A stretch of DNA of 63,631 nucleotides, counting the filler, from Octopus bimaculoides (lineage: Eukaryota), in assembly GCF_001194135.2 (NCBI RefSeq). It is 8 parts of 6 records of this genome, joined end to end, with 100 filler letters (N's around TTAATTAATTAA, not from the genome) between each part and the next. Parts side by side here need not be neighbours in the genome. Positions count along the whole stretch, not along the records: positions 12,927 to 39,488 come from NC_068989.1; 7 more parts are not named here. The stretch is one strand, 5' to 3'. The position numbers and the translations under genes are program-made. Below are positions 12,983 through 26,143 of the stretch, one piece after another (the stretch's first letter is position 1; each line of letters starts with the position of its first letter). The notes under the pieces were generated by a model. The model did not search any database. It had not been told where the DNA came from and was given only the letters and a program-made list of their open reading frames with translations.

Positions 12983-14055
12983 ATATATATATATATAATT
13001 CAATGCAGAGAACATAAGCACCTTCACCAAAAATATTGCAGTGCAGTGAATTTACATGTCCATATAGAAAAAAATATATGAATTAAACATCTACGAAAAT
13101 AAACACAACACCACCAAAACTTTATTCAAAAAGTGATTAATTTATTAATGTAAAGTGTTCGTTCATGGACGCCTACGAGGACGGTTCGTGTCAGTAGGCA
13201 TACAGAAAAACTTTTTTTTAGGAATATCAGATATTATTCTGTTTATAATAAATGGATTTTGCTAGCAAAATTGAGGAACACTGAATTTTGAAAAGTGAAT
13301 CGTAAACAATGGTTTTGTATTGTCCTGCAGAAATTTGGTTTCGCATGGATTAGTTATTGCAAAATACACGGCGCTCTTTTAATGATTATAACATAGAAGT
13401 ATTATATTTTTACGCTTGACTAGAAGAAGCCTGTCTCGTTGGATTGATATTACTACCACCTCTTCTGAAAAGATGCGTCTGTCCTTCAGATCTAATTGCA
13501 TCTCCAAAAAAGTACTTGATGTAAGAAAGTAAACGGCTCTTCACTTCATGAGGGTCTTGGTTTCAATAGATGTTGAAGGTTATTGCTTTCTGGTTTTAAA
13601 TCTCTGCGCGTCTATTATTTGGCGATTTCAGCAGGGAGATTTCGTCCCTGCACCTGTACCATCGTTGTCTGAGTATATCTTGTCGAATCACGGGTTCATA
13701 ATTATATACTTTCCAGTTAAAAATGGCTGCTTTGATTCCGCTTTCGTTGGATAGCAAAAAAGAAGTCTAACACAACGCCAGTACTCGTATGGACACCTGG
13801 TGACATACCAAACTTAACAGAAAACGTAAAGCAATAAGTCACACATTGCACGTAATCTTTTCGATCGTTTTTTCTTGGAGAAGCAAAATTACGACAAATA
13901 GATCTAATAACTCAATTTAGCATGAAAAATTCTATAAAAACCTTCAGAAAGGAACATTATAGAAGTGATCATCGAAACGACAAGTAATTTATGAAATATA
14001 TTTTCCTCAAAAGCATCTTCACGAAATTTCGATAAATATGAAACAAATTAACTTT

Positions 14056-14204
14056 TCATTATTTACATTATTTACATTTGACGGATATTTGTCCTCATCT
14101 TGTTTGTTGTTAACACAAAGTTTCGGCTGATATACCTACCAGCCTTTATCGGGTGTCTTGGGGAAATTTCGAACCCGGGTTTTCATTCCTAAGGTATTTT
14201 TCGA

Positions 14205-14259
<55 letters not shown>

Positions 14260-14417
14260 ACTTTCAAAATACAAAGACCTGGAAGTAGAGATAACTCGAA
14301 TGTGGAATCTAAAAACAGAAACAATTCCTATCATAGTAGGTGCCTTAGGTATAATAAAAAAATATTCAGACAAATACATAACAAAAATACCAGGACTTAC
14401 AAATATATATATATATA

Positions 14418-14478
<61 letters not shown>

Positions 14479-14516
14479 GTTATTATTCAGGTCACTGCTT
14501 GGAATCGAACTCGGAA
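14056..14516 (-). mobile_element. Composite non-autonomous element (truncated tRNA-like head, (AAT)n, hammerhead-like tail); left copy of an inverted pair
   Basis: 14056-14206 is the inverted copy of 14660-14810; 14483-14516 is the inverted copy of 14552-14585. Confidence 0.8.
14260..14410 (+). mobile_element. Dong/R4 C-terminal fragment nested in the (TTA)n tract
   Basis: KYKDLEVEITRMWNLKTETIPIIVGALGIIKKYSDKYITKIPGLTNIY. Confidence 0.8.
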
Positions 14517-14810
14517 AGTGGGGTTAAGAGCGCGGTCTACTATCCCAAAGATTCCGATTTCGAATCCAAGCAGTGACCTGAATAATAATGATGAAGATGA
14601 TACTACTACTACTACTACTACTACTAATACTACTACTACTACTAATAATAATAATAATAACATCAAAAAATACCTTTGGAATGAGAACCCAGGTTCGAAA
14701 TTTCCCCCAAAACACCTAATGAAGGCTGGTGGGTATATTAGCCGAGACGTTGTGTTAACAACAAAGATGAGGACAAATAAATATCCATCAAATGTAAATA
14801 ATATAAATGA
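14517..14810 (+). mobile_element. Composite element, right copy (tRNA-like head, (AAT)n/(ACT)n, hammerhead-like tail at 14711-14756)
   Basis: Head GGTTAAGAGCGCGG..TTCGAATCC; tail AACAC CUAAUGA A GGCUGG..UUAGCC GAGA CG UU GUGUU. Confidence 0.75.
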
Positions 14811-15235
14811 TGTACATAATTCTTCACCTCTTAAATATAGGACTAAATTAACCTTTAACTAAATGACTGCATTGTAAAAAAAGATATACAAAATTCAGAC
14901 TCGTGTCGTACACGTTAAATTAAATATATATAAAAATATTTCTAATATAAAATCCATCTTCAAATATATTTGGTGTTGCAATTATGGTTAAGTGAAGACA
15001 GCTCGTGTATTAACATTGAATTTATTGCAGAGTGTAAATGTTGTTTTAAACTTTTAAGCAATACGTAAAATGTATTACTTCTAATTTCGTTTACTTCTTA
15101 AACCTGTGGTCAAATATGAAATGGGAAAATACCATAAATGTAAGTTTCTGACAGTAATTAAATTGCAAAGTTTTGTCGGAAAAATGGAAGAATATTAAAT
15201 CAGAAAAGTTGTTGTCTTCTTCAGTCACTAAACGA

Positions 15236-15310
15236 CAGTGTATATACAAAAATTTCAATGATTAGCATGGGCCCTGAGTAAGGATGACACACAAATTCGT
15301 GAAATGTTCC
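15236..15310 (+). pseudogene. U6: U6 snRNA pseudogene (ACAGAGA box lost)
   Basis: 15260-15310 matches the canonical U6 3' half at 45/51 nt by eye (GATTAGCATGG..AAGGATGACAC.CAAATTCGTGAA..GTTCC). The upstream ATATAC.AAAATT also matches U6. Confidence 0.9.
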
Positions 15311-15359
15311 TTCCTTTACTGTTGCAAAATTATACATCAGTAGTTCATAGAGATGCAAC

Positions 15360-17740
15360 AGTGGAAGCGAAAGACCCAGGTTGGTCCAACGTAGCTACTA
15401 GTGTACCCTACTACTGATGCTATGGAATGACTACCTCGTGGAAGCGAGTACAAAGTACATTTGCTAGAGTTAGGAAGCAAGCTAAACCTAAGACGTAATA
15501 ACTGGCCTTCTCCACCAAACCAGTGGCGGGGGGGGGCTTCATCTTAGAAGCTAAATCATTGTGAAGAAATGGCCTCCGTAACCTGCTGGCCAATCGAGCC
15601 GTTCTACGACGGTGAAACAAAATCAGTAACCAGAGACTACTAAGAACATCAGTTACCAATAGGCCGCCACGGAAATGGATAACAATCATTGCTATATGTA
15701 CCAACAACTACAGGTCTTTGGCAGAGAGAACCGGAATGGTCCATCTAATGGAAGAGAATAAGACAATCAAATTTGATACACTAGGGATTTGTGAAACACT
15801 TCAAAAGGGAGAATAAATGTGATATTGGATACATGGAAAAGTTGTGAGACTGGGAGAAACGTGGGATGCGTGAGTAACAACATAGCGTTCATCGAAGGCA
15901 ACATGATGTTCAAAAATTGTTTCTTACCAATGGCCTTCATCACGCATGGGAGTACTAAACATCCGTCACCTAAGAAGTTCCACCTTGAAAATGATCCAGA
16001 CCTATGCTTTCAGAAATTCGAATACAGAAGACAAAGCAGAAGAATTCATCCTAGAGCTAAATAAAACGCTAGCTCACAAATGCACTTATACCATAGTGAT
16101 GGGAGCTTTCTAAGTTTGGATAAGGGCTTCAAAGAGAGAAACATCTTGATAAGTTTGAGTAAAAAAAGAATAAAAAACGTGAACGCCTGGTTACCATAGC
16201 AGCAACAAGGTGACTTTATATAAGGGACTGTCTATGCAGGAATCAACCTCGAAAGAGATGGACATGGAGAGTCCCAAGCACTCAGTACAAAAATGAAATT
16301 GACTTTCATTCTGGTTGATAAACAGCACACATTGAGGGACGTCTCAGTAGTAGTACCATTCATCACAGGCAGTGATCATCGTGATCAAAGTTGGTGATCA
16401 ATGAAATCAAAGAGAAACAGGCTCTGCATATGCAAATGAAGAATGGACGCGTCATGGCCTTTCGTTTGAAACAGTTACCACGAAGAAAAGTTTGGAGTCA
16501 AACTGAAAAGCTCGATGAAGACTACAATTTGCTTATCGAGAAACTATGAGCTGCGTATGAAAAGCAAATACTGCAAGCCAGCGGCAGCTTGGTGGAATTA
16601 TCTCGCAGAACAGAATAAAATGTAAAATGCTGAAGAGGAACGTGAGAGATCACCTTGAGTATTTCTTTCTCTGTAAACCGATCAGACATCAAAGAAATAA
16701 ATTCAAGAATTAAGGATTGAAGAAATTGATGTAGGCTACAATGGAAAGGAAATCATTTAAATGATGCAGGAGCGGACTGAGACTCTACATGTCAAGTGTA
16801 AGCGAGCTTAACAACAAAGATGGACTAACGCTTACAGAAACAGGGGAGATGAAAGCGGTTTGCACAACCTTCTACACCAACCTTTTAAAATTATCAGTGA
16901 AGGCTGATTCCTGCTGATACAAATGCTGGAAGAAGTGCCACTAATTCTGCACAGGGAATTTATAAACGCCCGTAAAGTGATGAAAACATACAAGGCTCAC
17001 GCAGAAGATGGCATCGCAACGGATATGTTAAAAATGCGATAATGAAGAGCTGTAGAATATATTCGTTCTAAGCTTCAAAACGCTATCTGAAGGTGAGTAA
17101 AATATCCCCCCTCTGTAAAGAATCAAGTACCACTCTGTTTCATAAGAAAGGAGATGAAGATGATTTTAAAAGATTATCGCATGATATGACTCTTTAAGCT
17201 GTTTACATATTTCATAGACACCAGATAATCAAAACACCTCGTCGTCCAGCATCCATGAGAGTAAGCAGGTTTAGAATACGATAAACCACATATTCACTCT
17301 AACACAGCTCGTAGACCAAGCGAACGAACAGATTCATTCACTATATATCGTTTTGCTGATTACGAAAAGGCCTTATTCTAGATTAAAGTATTATTGAAAT
17401 ATCTTTGGAGATACAAGATGATGAAGCGCAATGGATCGAACGCATAAGAGATTTGGACTCTAGGTTTCCAACAGATTTAGATTTGCTATCACAACTAGTA
17501 ATGGTACCGATTGATAAGGGTGGTAAAGAAGGAGAAATCATCTTTACAAAGCTCTTTAATGCATGTCTAAAAACAGTCATTACGAACATCGATTGGGCAG
17601 GTGGCGTGAACATCAATGACCGGCAGCTAACGCACCGACAAGACAATTCGAAGATGACATTGTACACGTCGCTAAAACTGCAGACCAGCTACAGAAGCGC
17701 TATTGGTAGCGCTCATAATATCTGGTGGCCATACGAGGTA
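15360..17740 (+). mobile_element. RTE-clade LINE: probable 5' UTR, APE endonuclease and RT N-half; heavily mutated
   Basis: IKFDTLGICET, KMIQTYA, KCTYTIVMG, KNEIDF/ILVDK, TGSDHR (APE); DYEKA and FTKLFNACLKTV..GVNIND (RT). The 5' boundary is uncertain. Confidence 0.85.
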
Positions 17741-19254
17741 AAACATACATATAAACACACACACACACAAACACACACACATATANNNNNNNNNNNNNNN
17801 NNNNNNNNNNNNNNNNNNNNNNNNNNNNNNNNNNNNNNNNNNNNNNNNNNNNNNNNNNNNNNNNNNNNNNNNNNNNNNNNNNNNNNNNNNNNNNNNNNNN
17901 NNNNNNNNNNNNNNNNNNNNNNNNNNNNNNNNNNNNNNNNNNNNNNNNNNNNNNNNNNNNNNNNNNNNNNNNNNNNNNNNNNNNNNNNNNNNNNNNNNNN
18001 NNNNNNNNNNNNNNNNNNNNNNNNNNNNNNNNNNNNNNNNNNNNNNNNNNNNNNNNNNNNNNNNNNNNNNNNNNNNNNNNNNNNNNNNNNNNNNNNNNNN
18101 NNNNNNNNNNNNNNNNNNNNNNNNNNNNNNNNNNNNNNNNNNNNNNNNNNNNNNNNNNNNNNNNNNNNNNNNNNNNNNNNNNNNNNNNNNNNNNNNNNNN
18201 NNNNNNNNNNNNNNNNNNNNNNNNNNNNNNNNNNNNNNNNNNNNNNNNNNNNNNNNNNNNNNNNNNNNNNNNNNNNNNNNNNNNNNNNNNNNNNNNNNNN
18301 NNNNNNNNNNNNNNNNNNNNNNNNNNNNNNNNNNNNNNNNNNNNNNNNNNNNNNNNNNNNNNNNNNNNNNNNNNNNNNNNNNNNNNNNNNNNNNNNNNNN
18401 NNNNNNNNNNNNNNNNNNNNNNNNNNTATATATATATATATATACATACATATACATACATACAAATATACTAACCTATATATTTCTCTTTCTGTCCATA
18501 AATACAAACACACATACGCAGATATAATAGACACACGCACATGTACGTGTGTGTGTGTGTGTGCGCGCGCGCGATGCAATTTCAAACTGGTCTTACTTTT
18601 ATTTACACAATCACATTATACATATGGATCTTCCCATTTTCACAAGGATAGCTCAAATGGGGCTGTAAACTTGTCTATTTTGCTGAAACTGACACTATAT
18701 TTACGCACGTTATATTACATATCTACCTGAGGCCGTGATATATTTTAATAACTGTTGACCTTGATAAAATGTGGGAGATAACCTCTAAGCGGTCTCTCCA
18801 TCTGTTTACTGTCATACTTGCTTACGAAACTGGAATATATAAACCTCAATGTTGTACTATGTAACTAGCAGTCAGCATTTATGTCCACCAGATTTCAATA
18901 ATTACGTTTCGGTCCATTTTCTTTCCTTTCAATCTAATCAATAGCTTGCCACAAATCTATAGCAAGCTAATGCTTAAAGGGTAAGATGTGATCTATTTAA
19001 TGAAGATTTTATTTATTCATCAATGCGCTCCGATCTACTAATTTACTGAAAGGTGTTAATGACGGCACAACTGTTTGATTAATTAGTGAAAATACGAGGT
19101 CCAAGGGAAAATACACTGACCGTACAAAATATGTGCCAAGTATAGTGTAGAATAGTCTCGGATGCAGACTTGTTTATTGAAGACTTCACCATCCTGTCAA
19201 TATTAGCTAAATCTTGTCGTTTAGACTTATATCTATACGTTAGCTTCCCAACCA

Positions 19255-19630
19255 GAAACATAGCACCTTCAATAGGGGTTTTCTACTATAACCTCGGACC
19301 GACCAAAACCTTACGGGTGGATTTGGTAGACGGAAACTGAAAGAAGTCTGTCGTGGATATATATATATATATATATATATATANNNNNNNNNNTATGCGT
19401 GTATTTGTGTGTGTGTGTGTGTGTTTGTTTGCCTATGTTTGTCCTCCACCACCTGTTGCTCTTGACAACCGGTGTTGGTGTGTTACCTACTCGTAACATA
19501 GCGGTTCGGCAAAGAGATGATAAAATAAGTACCCGGCCTCAAAAGAATAAGTACTGAACTCGATTCATTGGATTGAAATATTCTCCAAGGCGATGCTCCA
19601 GTATGGCTGCAATCTAATGTCTGAAAAAGT
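19255..19630 (+). mobile_element. tRNA-derived SINE (major family) with internal (TA)n/(TG)n
   Basis: CTACTATAACCTCGGACCGACCAAA..GGATTTGGTAGACGGAAACTGAAAGAAG followed by the conserved tail. Confidence 0.85.
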
Positions 19631-19764
19631 TAAAACTACATATTTTGGAGGTATTATCACACACCTGATTCTGCTATGACCTTTCAATAGTTATGGGTTG
19701 AAATACATGCAATTTTCTATACAACAAGAAAATACGTTTCCTTGAATTCTTTTTTGACCTCTCC

Positions 19765-20196
19765 ATAACCGAGTGTGAGAGTTGGATTCATCACTTTGAG
19801 CCAGAGGTGAAGAGGCAGTCTTTGTAGTGAAATCACCTTTCTTAAACTGCTTCAAAGTTCATTTCATCTGCAAGTAATGGCCTCAGATTTTTGGGATAGT
19901 GACTATCATCGAAAGTGCCACCCGTCAATGGAAAATACAATGTCAACTTGCTGAGGCAGTTTTGAAAGTCTATCAATATCAAACGCCCAGGAAGTCTGAC
20001 GAACGGTCACTTGTTTCATCAGAACAATGCTTCAGCATACACATCGTTGCCTTCAATGGATTCTGTGCATGACTATGACTTTGAAGTCGTTGACCATCCT
20101 CCCTATTCTCCTGTTGCAGCCCATCTGACTATCATTTGTTTCACATCCTCAAAAAAAGATTTTGCTGGGAACCAATATCGCGGTGATGATGATGTC
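19765..20196 (+). mobile_element. Mariner (DD34D-type) transposase remnant
   Basis: ITECESWIHHFEPEVKRQ, KRPG, LFHQNNA, VDHPPYSP..A.SDYHLF. Confidence 0.88.
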
Positions 20197-20559
20197 AAAA
20201 TGGTATGGCTTAAAGCTATAACGTGCAGCTTGACCTCATTTCTATAACCTTATGATGGTAGGCTCAACATTCTTTCAAGTGCATTGTGGATTAATTTTTT
20301 GTTACCGATAGTATGCTAAAAGTTATTGAACCAAGGTATCTTGCAATGGGTTAGGAACCTGGAATTATGATACAAACAAAACTTCTTAACGAAATGACGG
20401 GGTTTTTATTAGCTATTGCTTTTCAACTCGATTTTCTGGCAAGAATACTCTACTCCTCTTTCTTACTTTGAAGTTACAGTCTCTAAAATTTACGAGCAAC
20501 AAAGTGTTGATCTGCCAGAATCGTGAGCACACTGAACAAAATGTTCAGCGACATTTCGT

Positions 20560-20930
20560 CCATCTTTATATTTGTATAAATTCTGCCGGGGTCCTTATTT
20601 CCCTCCGTCGACAAAAAAAGTACCAGTCGAGCATTAGGTTCCATGTAATCGGTTTAATCCCTCATCTGAGATTGCTGACCTTATGCAAAATTTCAAACGT
20701 ATATGTATCAATGATAAGGCGGCGAGCTGACAGAATCGTTAACACGCTGGAAAAATGCTGAGAGGCATTTCATCTATCTTTAGCTTCTGGGTTCAAATTG
20801 CGTCGAGGTTGACTTTCACTTTCATCGTTTTGGGCTCGATAAAATAAAAACCAGTTCAATCATGGGGTTGATGTAATCCACTTACCCCCAGCGCCGAAAT
20901 CGCTGGCATTGTGCCAAAATTTGAAGCGAA
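20560..20930. mobile_element. Second SINE family: two fragments (minus ~20560-20650, plus ~20718-20930)
   Basis: GGCGGCGAGCTGACAGAATCGTTA..GGGTTCAAATT..GAGGTTGACTT..TCGATAAAATAA..CCAGTT, shared with 34320 and 55250-56096. Confidence 0.8.
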
Positions 20931-21484
20931 TATTTATGAACGATTTACAAATTGAATTTTAATACTCGTTGTCAGCTCTGTACACTTACCGCTTCTAGAA
21001 TTTAATATATCATATAGTATGTTCTTGTTCAATTTCTTTATTATTACACATATGAATACACGAAATATTGAGTGGATTTTAATGTTCTGTTTCATACCGT
21101 TGAATATACATTATAGCCTCTCTATATAGAGAATATATAACGCTACAAACGCCGTATGCTTTCTGCATATTCCATGCTGTTTATTCGGATGATCGAATGT
21201 TCGACCAACACTTGACGGGAGGGGAGTTTTATTTCTTCATTGACATTAATAAAGTCAAATAATCAAATGCTCTCCAGAAATACTATAACTCCTATATGAT
21301 ACCGAATTATTAATCGGAGCAGTACCGTGTCACTGGTAACGTAATCTGTCCCGAAACTTTATATTCATAATCTTCAATGTATATAAGAACAGAGAATTTG
21401 GGAGTCTACAAAAGCATATACAGCACTCCATATTACAATATTATGCTAATTCTGCATACACACTCACATACACTCGCATATATG

Positions 21485-21516
<32 letters not shown>

Positions 21517-24500
21517 CATATATACATATATATACATATATATACATACATATATATATATATATATATACATATATACATACATATATATATATATATT
21601 AGATATATATTATATATTTATGTATGTATAGATACCTATATGCAAGTATATATGTATTTATACACACACACATTTATATAAGTATATATATTTATGTGTG
21701 TGTATGTGTGTGCATGATATGTATGTGTGCGTGTGTACTCATGTAACATAAATATGTGTACTATGACATTGAATGGAAAATTGGAAAATTTTCCCCTGAC
21801 CGAATCCTTAATAATAATATACACATATGAATAACTATGTGTGCATTTATATGAATAAATAAATATAGGTATTTGTATACATGTGAGTGTGTGTATAAGC
21901 AAGTGAAGCAATAAATCAATGATATTGCTCTTCAAATAATATTTCCCAAACTAAAGCTGAAGTATCATATTTCTAAGAAAGTAATTGGCGTGAAAACATT
22001 TCCTTTCATGTGAAATATTAGGTGTTATATATTGTCAAAGCAAATGTTGTTTTCATATTTCCAGCAATTAAATTATCTATTGCGAGCCAGATCTACTGAA
22101 TCCTAACATCAGTTTAGTGTCTATTAATTCCAACTTTGTGCTATAAATGCGGTCATTATTATTTTTGATTTATTTATTTAACGGTAAATAATCGAGATAA
22201 ATATAATTAATAAAGCCCGAGTATTCTTATTATTTCCATTTATATACAACCCACTTAATATTTTCCTTTTGAGATTCAACGGTTTTAGAAATATACCAAA
22301 TCATTCAGTTTATTATAAGTATTTGTAAAGATACATTCTTAATGTAAACACCATTATTTTCTTAAAGATAGTCAGAATTTTATTATTATTCAGTATTTGC
22401 TTGGTGACATAGCAAATATTATGATAACTGAATGTTTTCTTCACCAATATGCGCTTTATTATTATGATAGCGATCAAATTGTTGTGTCCTGTATATCAAA
22501 TAATGGTACACATAGACCAAGGGTTGAGTATAATATTCAATCGTAGCCAAACCCTTTCAACGTTTCCGTCATTACCATGCGAAGAGAATTCTATAGACAG
22601 TAAAGAAATAGTATATCATAAATATTTTATATTACTTAAATATCACTTTTAAGAATATATGTGAAAAATACAGTGATCAACCTGATTAATGACTTATTTT
22701 CTTCTGTCGTCTCCTGCTTACCATTTCTTTAGATGGAAAGTATATTTTGATATAGTAACAGCCGTGGAAATAAAGTCACGAATGGTTAGAGGTTACTAAA
22801 CAGTAAACAGATCCCAGACTAGAGGAAAACAGTAAATGTCCGTTGTTGAATGGTAAATTGATGATCTAAAGGTGAAAAAATCATTCCTTACCTCGAAACG
22901 ATGATTAATCAAGTCAGAAAGAGACAGAAAAAGGGAGGAAAAAACTGTTTTTTTTTTGTTTGTATGTAATCAATTTCATTTAATTTACCTTCACTAATTT
23001 ACCTATTTAACGCTGTAATCAATGAATACATGAATATATATATGTATATTGTATTGTCACACTATATTACAGAAAATAGAGATTAATTCTTCAAAAACCA
23101 TGAGAGATATTCAAAACTGTGTTGATATATTAAACGTCATATTGAAAAGTGTAAAACATATATGATAATCTCAGATTCAGAACTGAGATTTTATTGAAGA
23201 AATTGCCGTGATGGGATATGACAACCTGCACGCACACACAGATACAACCTCATACGCGCTCAAACNNNNNNNNNNNNNNNNNNNNNNNNNNNNNNNNNNN
23301 NNNNNNNNNNNNNNNNNNNNNNNNNNNNNNNNNNNNNNNNNNNNNNNNNNNNNNNNNNNNNNNNNNNNNNNNNNNNNNNNNNTATACATACATACATATA
23401 TATATACATATATACATATGTATTTATATATAGCTATATATCTATCGATATGCAAAAGTATATATGTATATTGTATTGTCACACTATATTACAGAAAATA
23501 GAGATTAATTCTTCAAAAACCATGAGAGATATTCAAAACTGTGTTGATATATTAAACGTCATATTGAAAAGTGTAAAACATATATGATAATCTCAGATTC
23601 AGAACTGAGATTTTATTGAAGAAATTGCCGTGATGGGATATGACAACCTGCACGCACACACAGATACAACCTCATACGCGCTCAAACACACACATATCCT
23701 CATACAGAAACACACACGCTCGCACCTGAAAACACACCAACTTAAGCCAAACTACAATGGAGAAATACATATTTAAAAATATGTGTATGTATTTAAATGC
23801 TGGCTGGTATCCGTGTACACATATGTGTGTGTGCGCGGGGTTGATTGCGTGTGCTTTTATATGTTAGAAAGAATTATTTCACGTTAAAAAGTAAATACTT
23901 ACTATGCAAAAGGATTTTAAATGAAGTGAAAGAAAATACAGAATAAATATCAACTCTCTATACCGATCTTTTAAAATATATCACACTTTAGTCTGTGCAA
24001 CACACTACAATAGAATTATTGCTATTCATATCGAAACATAACCATAAACATTAAATCGTCGCAGATTGCTACAGGCATCACCTTTTGTTAACAGAGTGCG
24101 TGGGAAACGAAATAACACATGCAGTAACTTTATGATCAGCGAATATGTAAACGACAGTGAAATAAGCAATACTCACATTATGCAGGAAATGATAAAAAGT
24201 TAAGTGAAACGTATTCTAGTCTAGAAATATTACAGACCTTAGGAACTAAATATCACCAACTCAACAGAAATAGATTACAAGGAAATTAAACATCCCTTTA
24301 TTTTATTATTTTTTTTACAGAATATCCAAGATTCTGAAAGAACTGCATGATTCAATTATTTATTTGTTGTTTATTTATGATAATTCCTGTAAAAGGGCAT
24401 CACTTGTCATTGATTTGAAACGTTTGTAGCACTGGTTTACTGCAGTAATGGCGCAGATTTTGACAGATTTTACAGTTTCTTGGCGAAACTTATACAATTC

Positions 24501-25596
24501 GCTGTAGTTTAACTCTGATACATATCATACCTAGGTACTCACACATGCACACACATCCAGAGGACATAAATGATGTGTAGACTTTCTCTGATTGTCCTCT
24601 TATCTCCAGACTATAAGTTTACCTTTCTCCTTAATGGAGAACATTTCTCAGTGTTGGGAAAAATCGGCAATCATGAGATTATCTCCCCTTTTGAAGTGGA
24701 GCTGGTCATAATTTAAATTTTGAAGGATGTTTGCATGGTGTTTGACATATCAGTACGTCAGATATATTCCTTCTTCAAGTACATACCACAGGACACTTCG
24801 ATTCGTTTCTCTTCAATATTTTACACTTTATATAATAGGTCTATACAAATATACACGTCTGCTGTCATACACCCAAACGTCATACAAAGAACCACAAAGA
24901 CAAACGCTACTTGACCATACACCTCAGTAAAAATATATATGCTCACAAAAACACACATACATACACACACTCTAACACGCACGTCTTACATGCTCTCCTA
25001 CAAGAAAATGCTAATCTCATTCTGCACACTATTACTGGTCAGTCAACGGTGAAATGTTCAGCAATACACCAGGTAACTTCCCTCGTTCGAATTTTATATC
25101 CGTTTATAATTTTCTCTGTTTCAACATCTTCCTGCTCTTCCCTTCCCTTTTCTTATTATCTGTGGAAAGACAATGTCCAAAAAGATATAGGCACCAACAC
25201 TTTCCTTTTCCCCAAATACTAATTTTGAACTGATCCCGTCATCGACTATTTTGTATATTGAATTTTGTAATTCGATGCATACATATGTGCATACGTACAT
25301 GAATACGTACATTTATAATAAAATGGGAAAGGCTGTTTTTTTTTAACAAGGTATGTAACAGTTACTGAAAGAGAGCAATTCTTAAAGGCTTGACCGTCTG
25401 GAAGTTTTTATATAAATACATGTTTCAAGAAACTTCCTGTAATTTCAATTTCTGAAGTTTATTGAATATTTGAACTGGAAGTTTTTTTCTAATTTAAATA
25501 TTCGTTGAATTCACTACGGAGTAGATTTCATAATCAATATCAACTCACTGCAGGCGAAATTTTCCGTTTTCATTTGCAACGGCCTCTCACTTTCCC

Positions 25597-25647
25597 TCAG
25601 GACTGAGGATGGGCAAAATTTAGCCCGAAACTAGGCTGGTCTACTGA
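25597..25647 (+). ncRNA. Candidate type I hammerhead ribozyme
   Basis: UCAGGA CUGAGGA U GGGC-AAAAUUUA-GCCC GAAAC UAGGCUG GUC UACUGA. Core intact, GUC cleavage triplet, stem I 5/6 bp. Confidence 0.6.
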
Positions 25648-25857
25648 TCCTGTTATATTGCTTAGAAGATGGTAGACGTTCATTCACCTGTTTGCAATAT
25701 ATCGGATATCGGATATAGATGTTCTCCTGGGGTCAAAAATTAGTAGTAACGTCTTGTACGGTACAGTCATGTTGAAGTGGATACAAACATAACGTTTTAG
25801 TATAGTTACTACTTGCATTTCTTATTGAGATTTTAGAACTAGCTATTTTGCTTATTT

Positions 25858-25891
<34 letters not shown>

Positions 25892-26143
25892 ATATGATAT
25901 NNNNNNNNNNNNNNNNNNNNNNNNNNNNNNNNNNNNNNNNNNNNNNNNNNNNNNNNNNNNNNNNNNNNNNNNNNNNNNNNNNNNNNNNNNNNNNNNNNNN
26001 NNNNNNNNNNNNNNNNNNNNNNNNNNNNNNNNNNNNNNNNNNNNNNNNNNNNNNNNNNNNNNNNNNNNNNNNNNNNNNNNNNNNNNNNNNNNNNNNNNNN
26101 NNNNNNNNNNNNNNNNNNNNNNNNNNNNNNNNNNNNNNNNNNN

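Noticed and set aside
13140-14040. Possible decayed DNA transposon
   Set aside because: No recognisable protein motif or termini.
14517-14580. tRNA-like sequence
   Set aside because: No complete cloverleaf; it is a SINE-type head, not a tRNA gene.
15400-15480. Possible HDV-like ribozyme in the RTE 5' UTR (ACCUCGUGG)
   Set aside because: I could not build the P1/P2/P3 nested pseudoknot by eye; needs a descriptor search.
22715-22900. Minus-strand donor-like sites (ATG|GTAAGC and GAG|GTAAGG)
   Set aside because: No convincing downstream exon could be linked; such motifs are common by chance.
23038-23687. ~225-bp identical direct repeat on both sides of a gap
   Set aside because: Typical scaffolding artefact.
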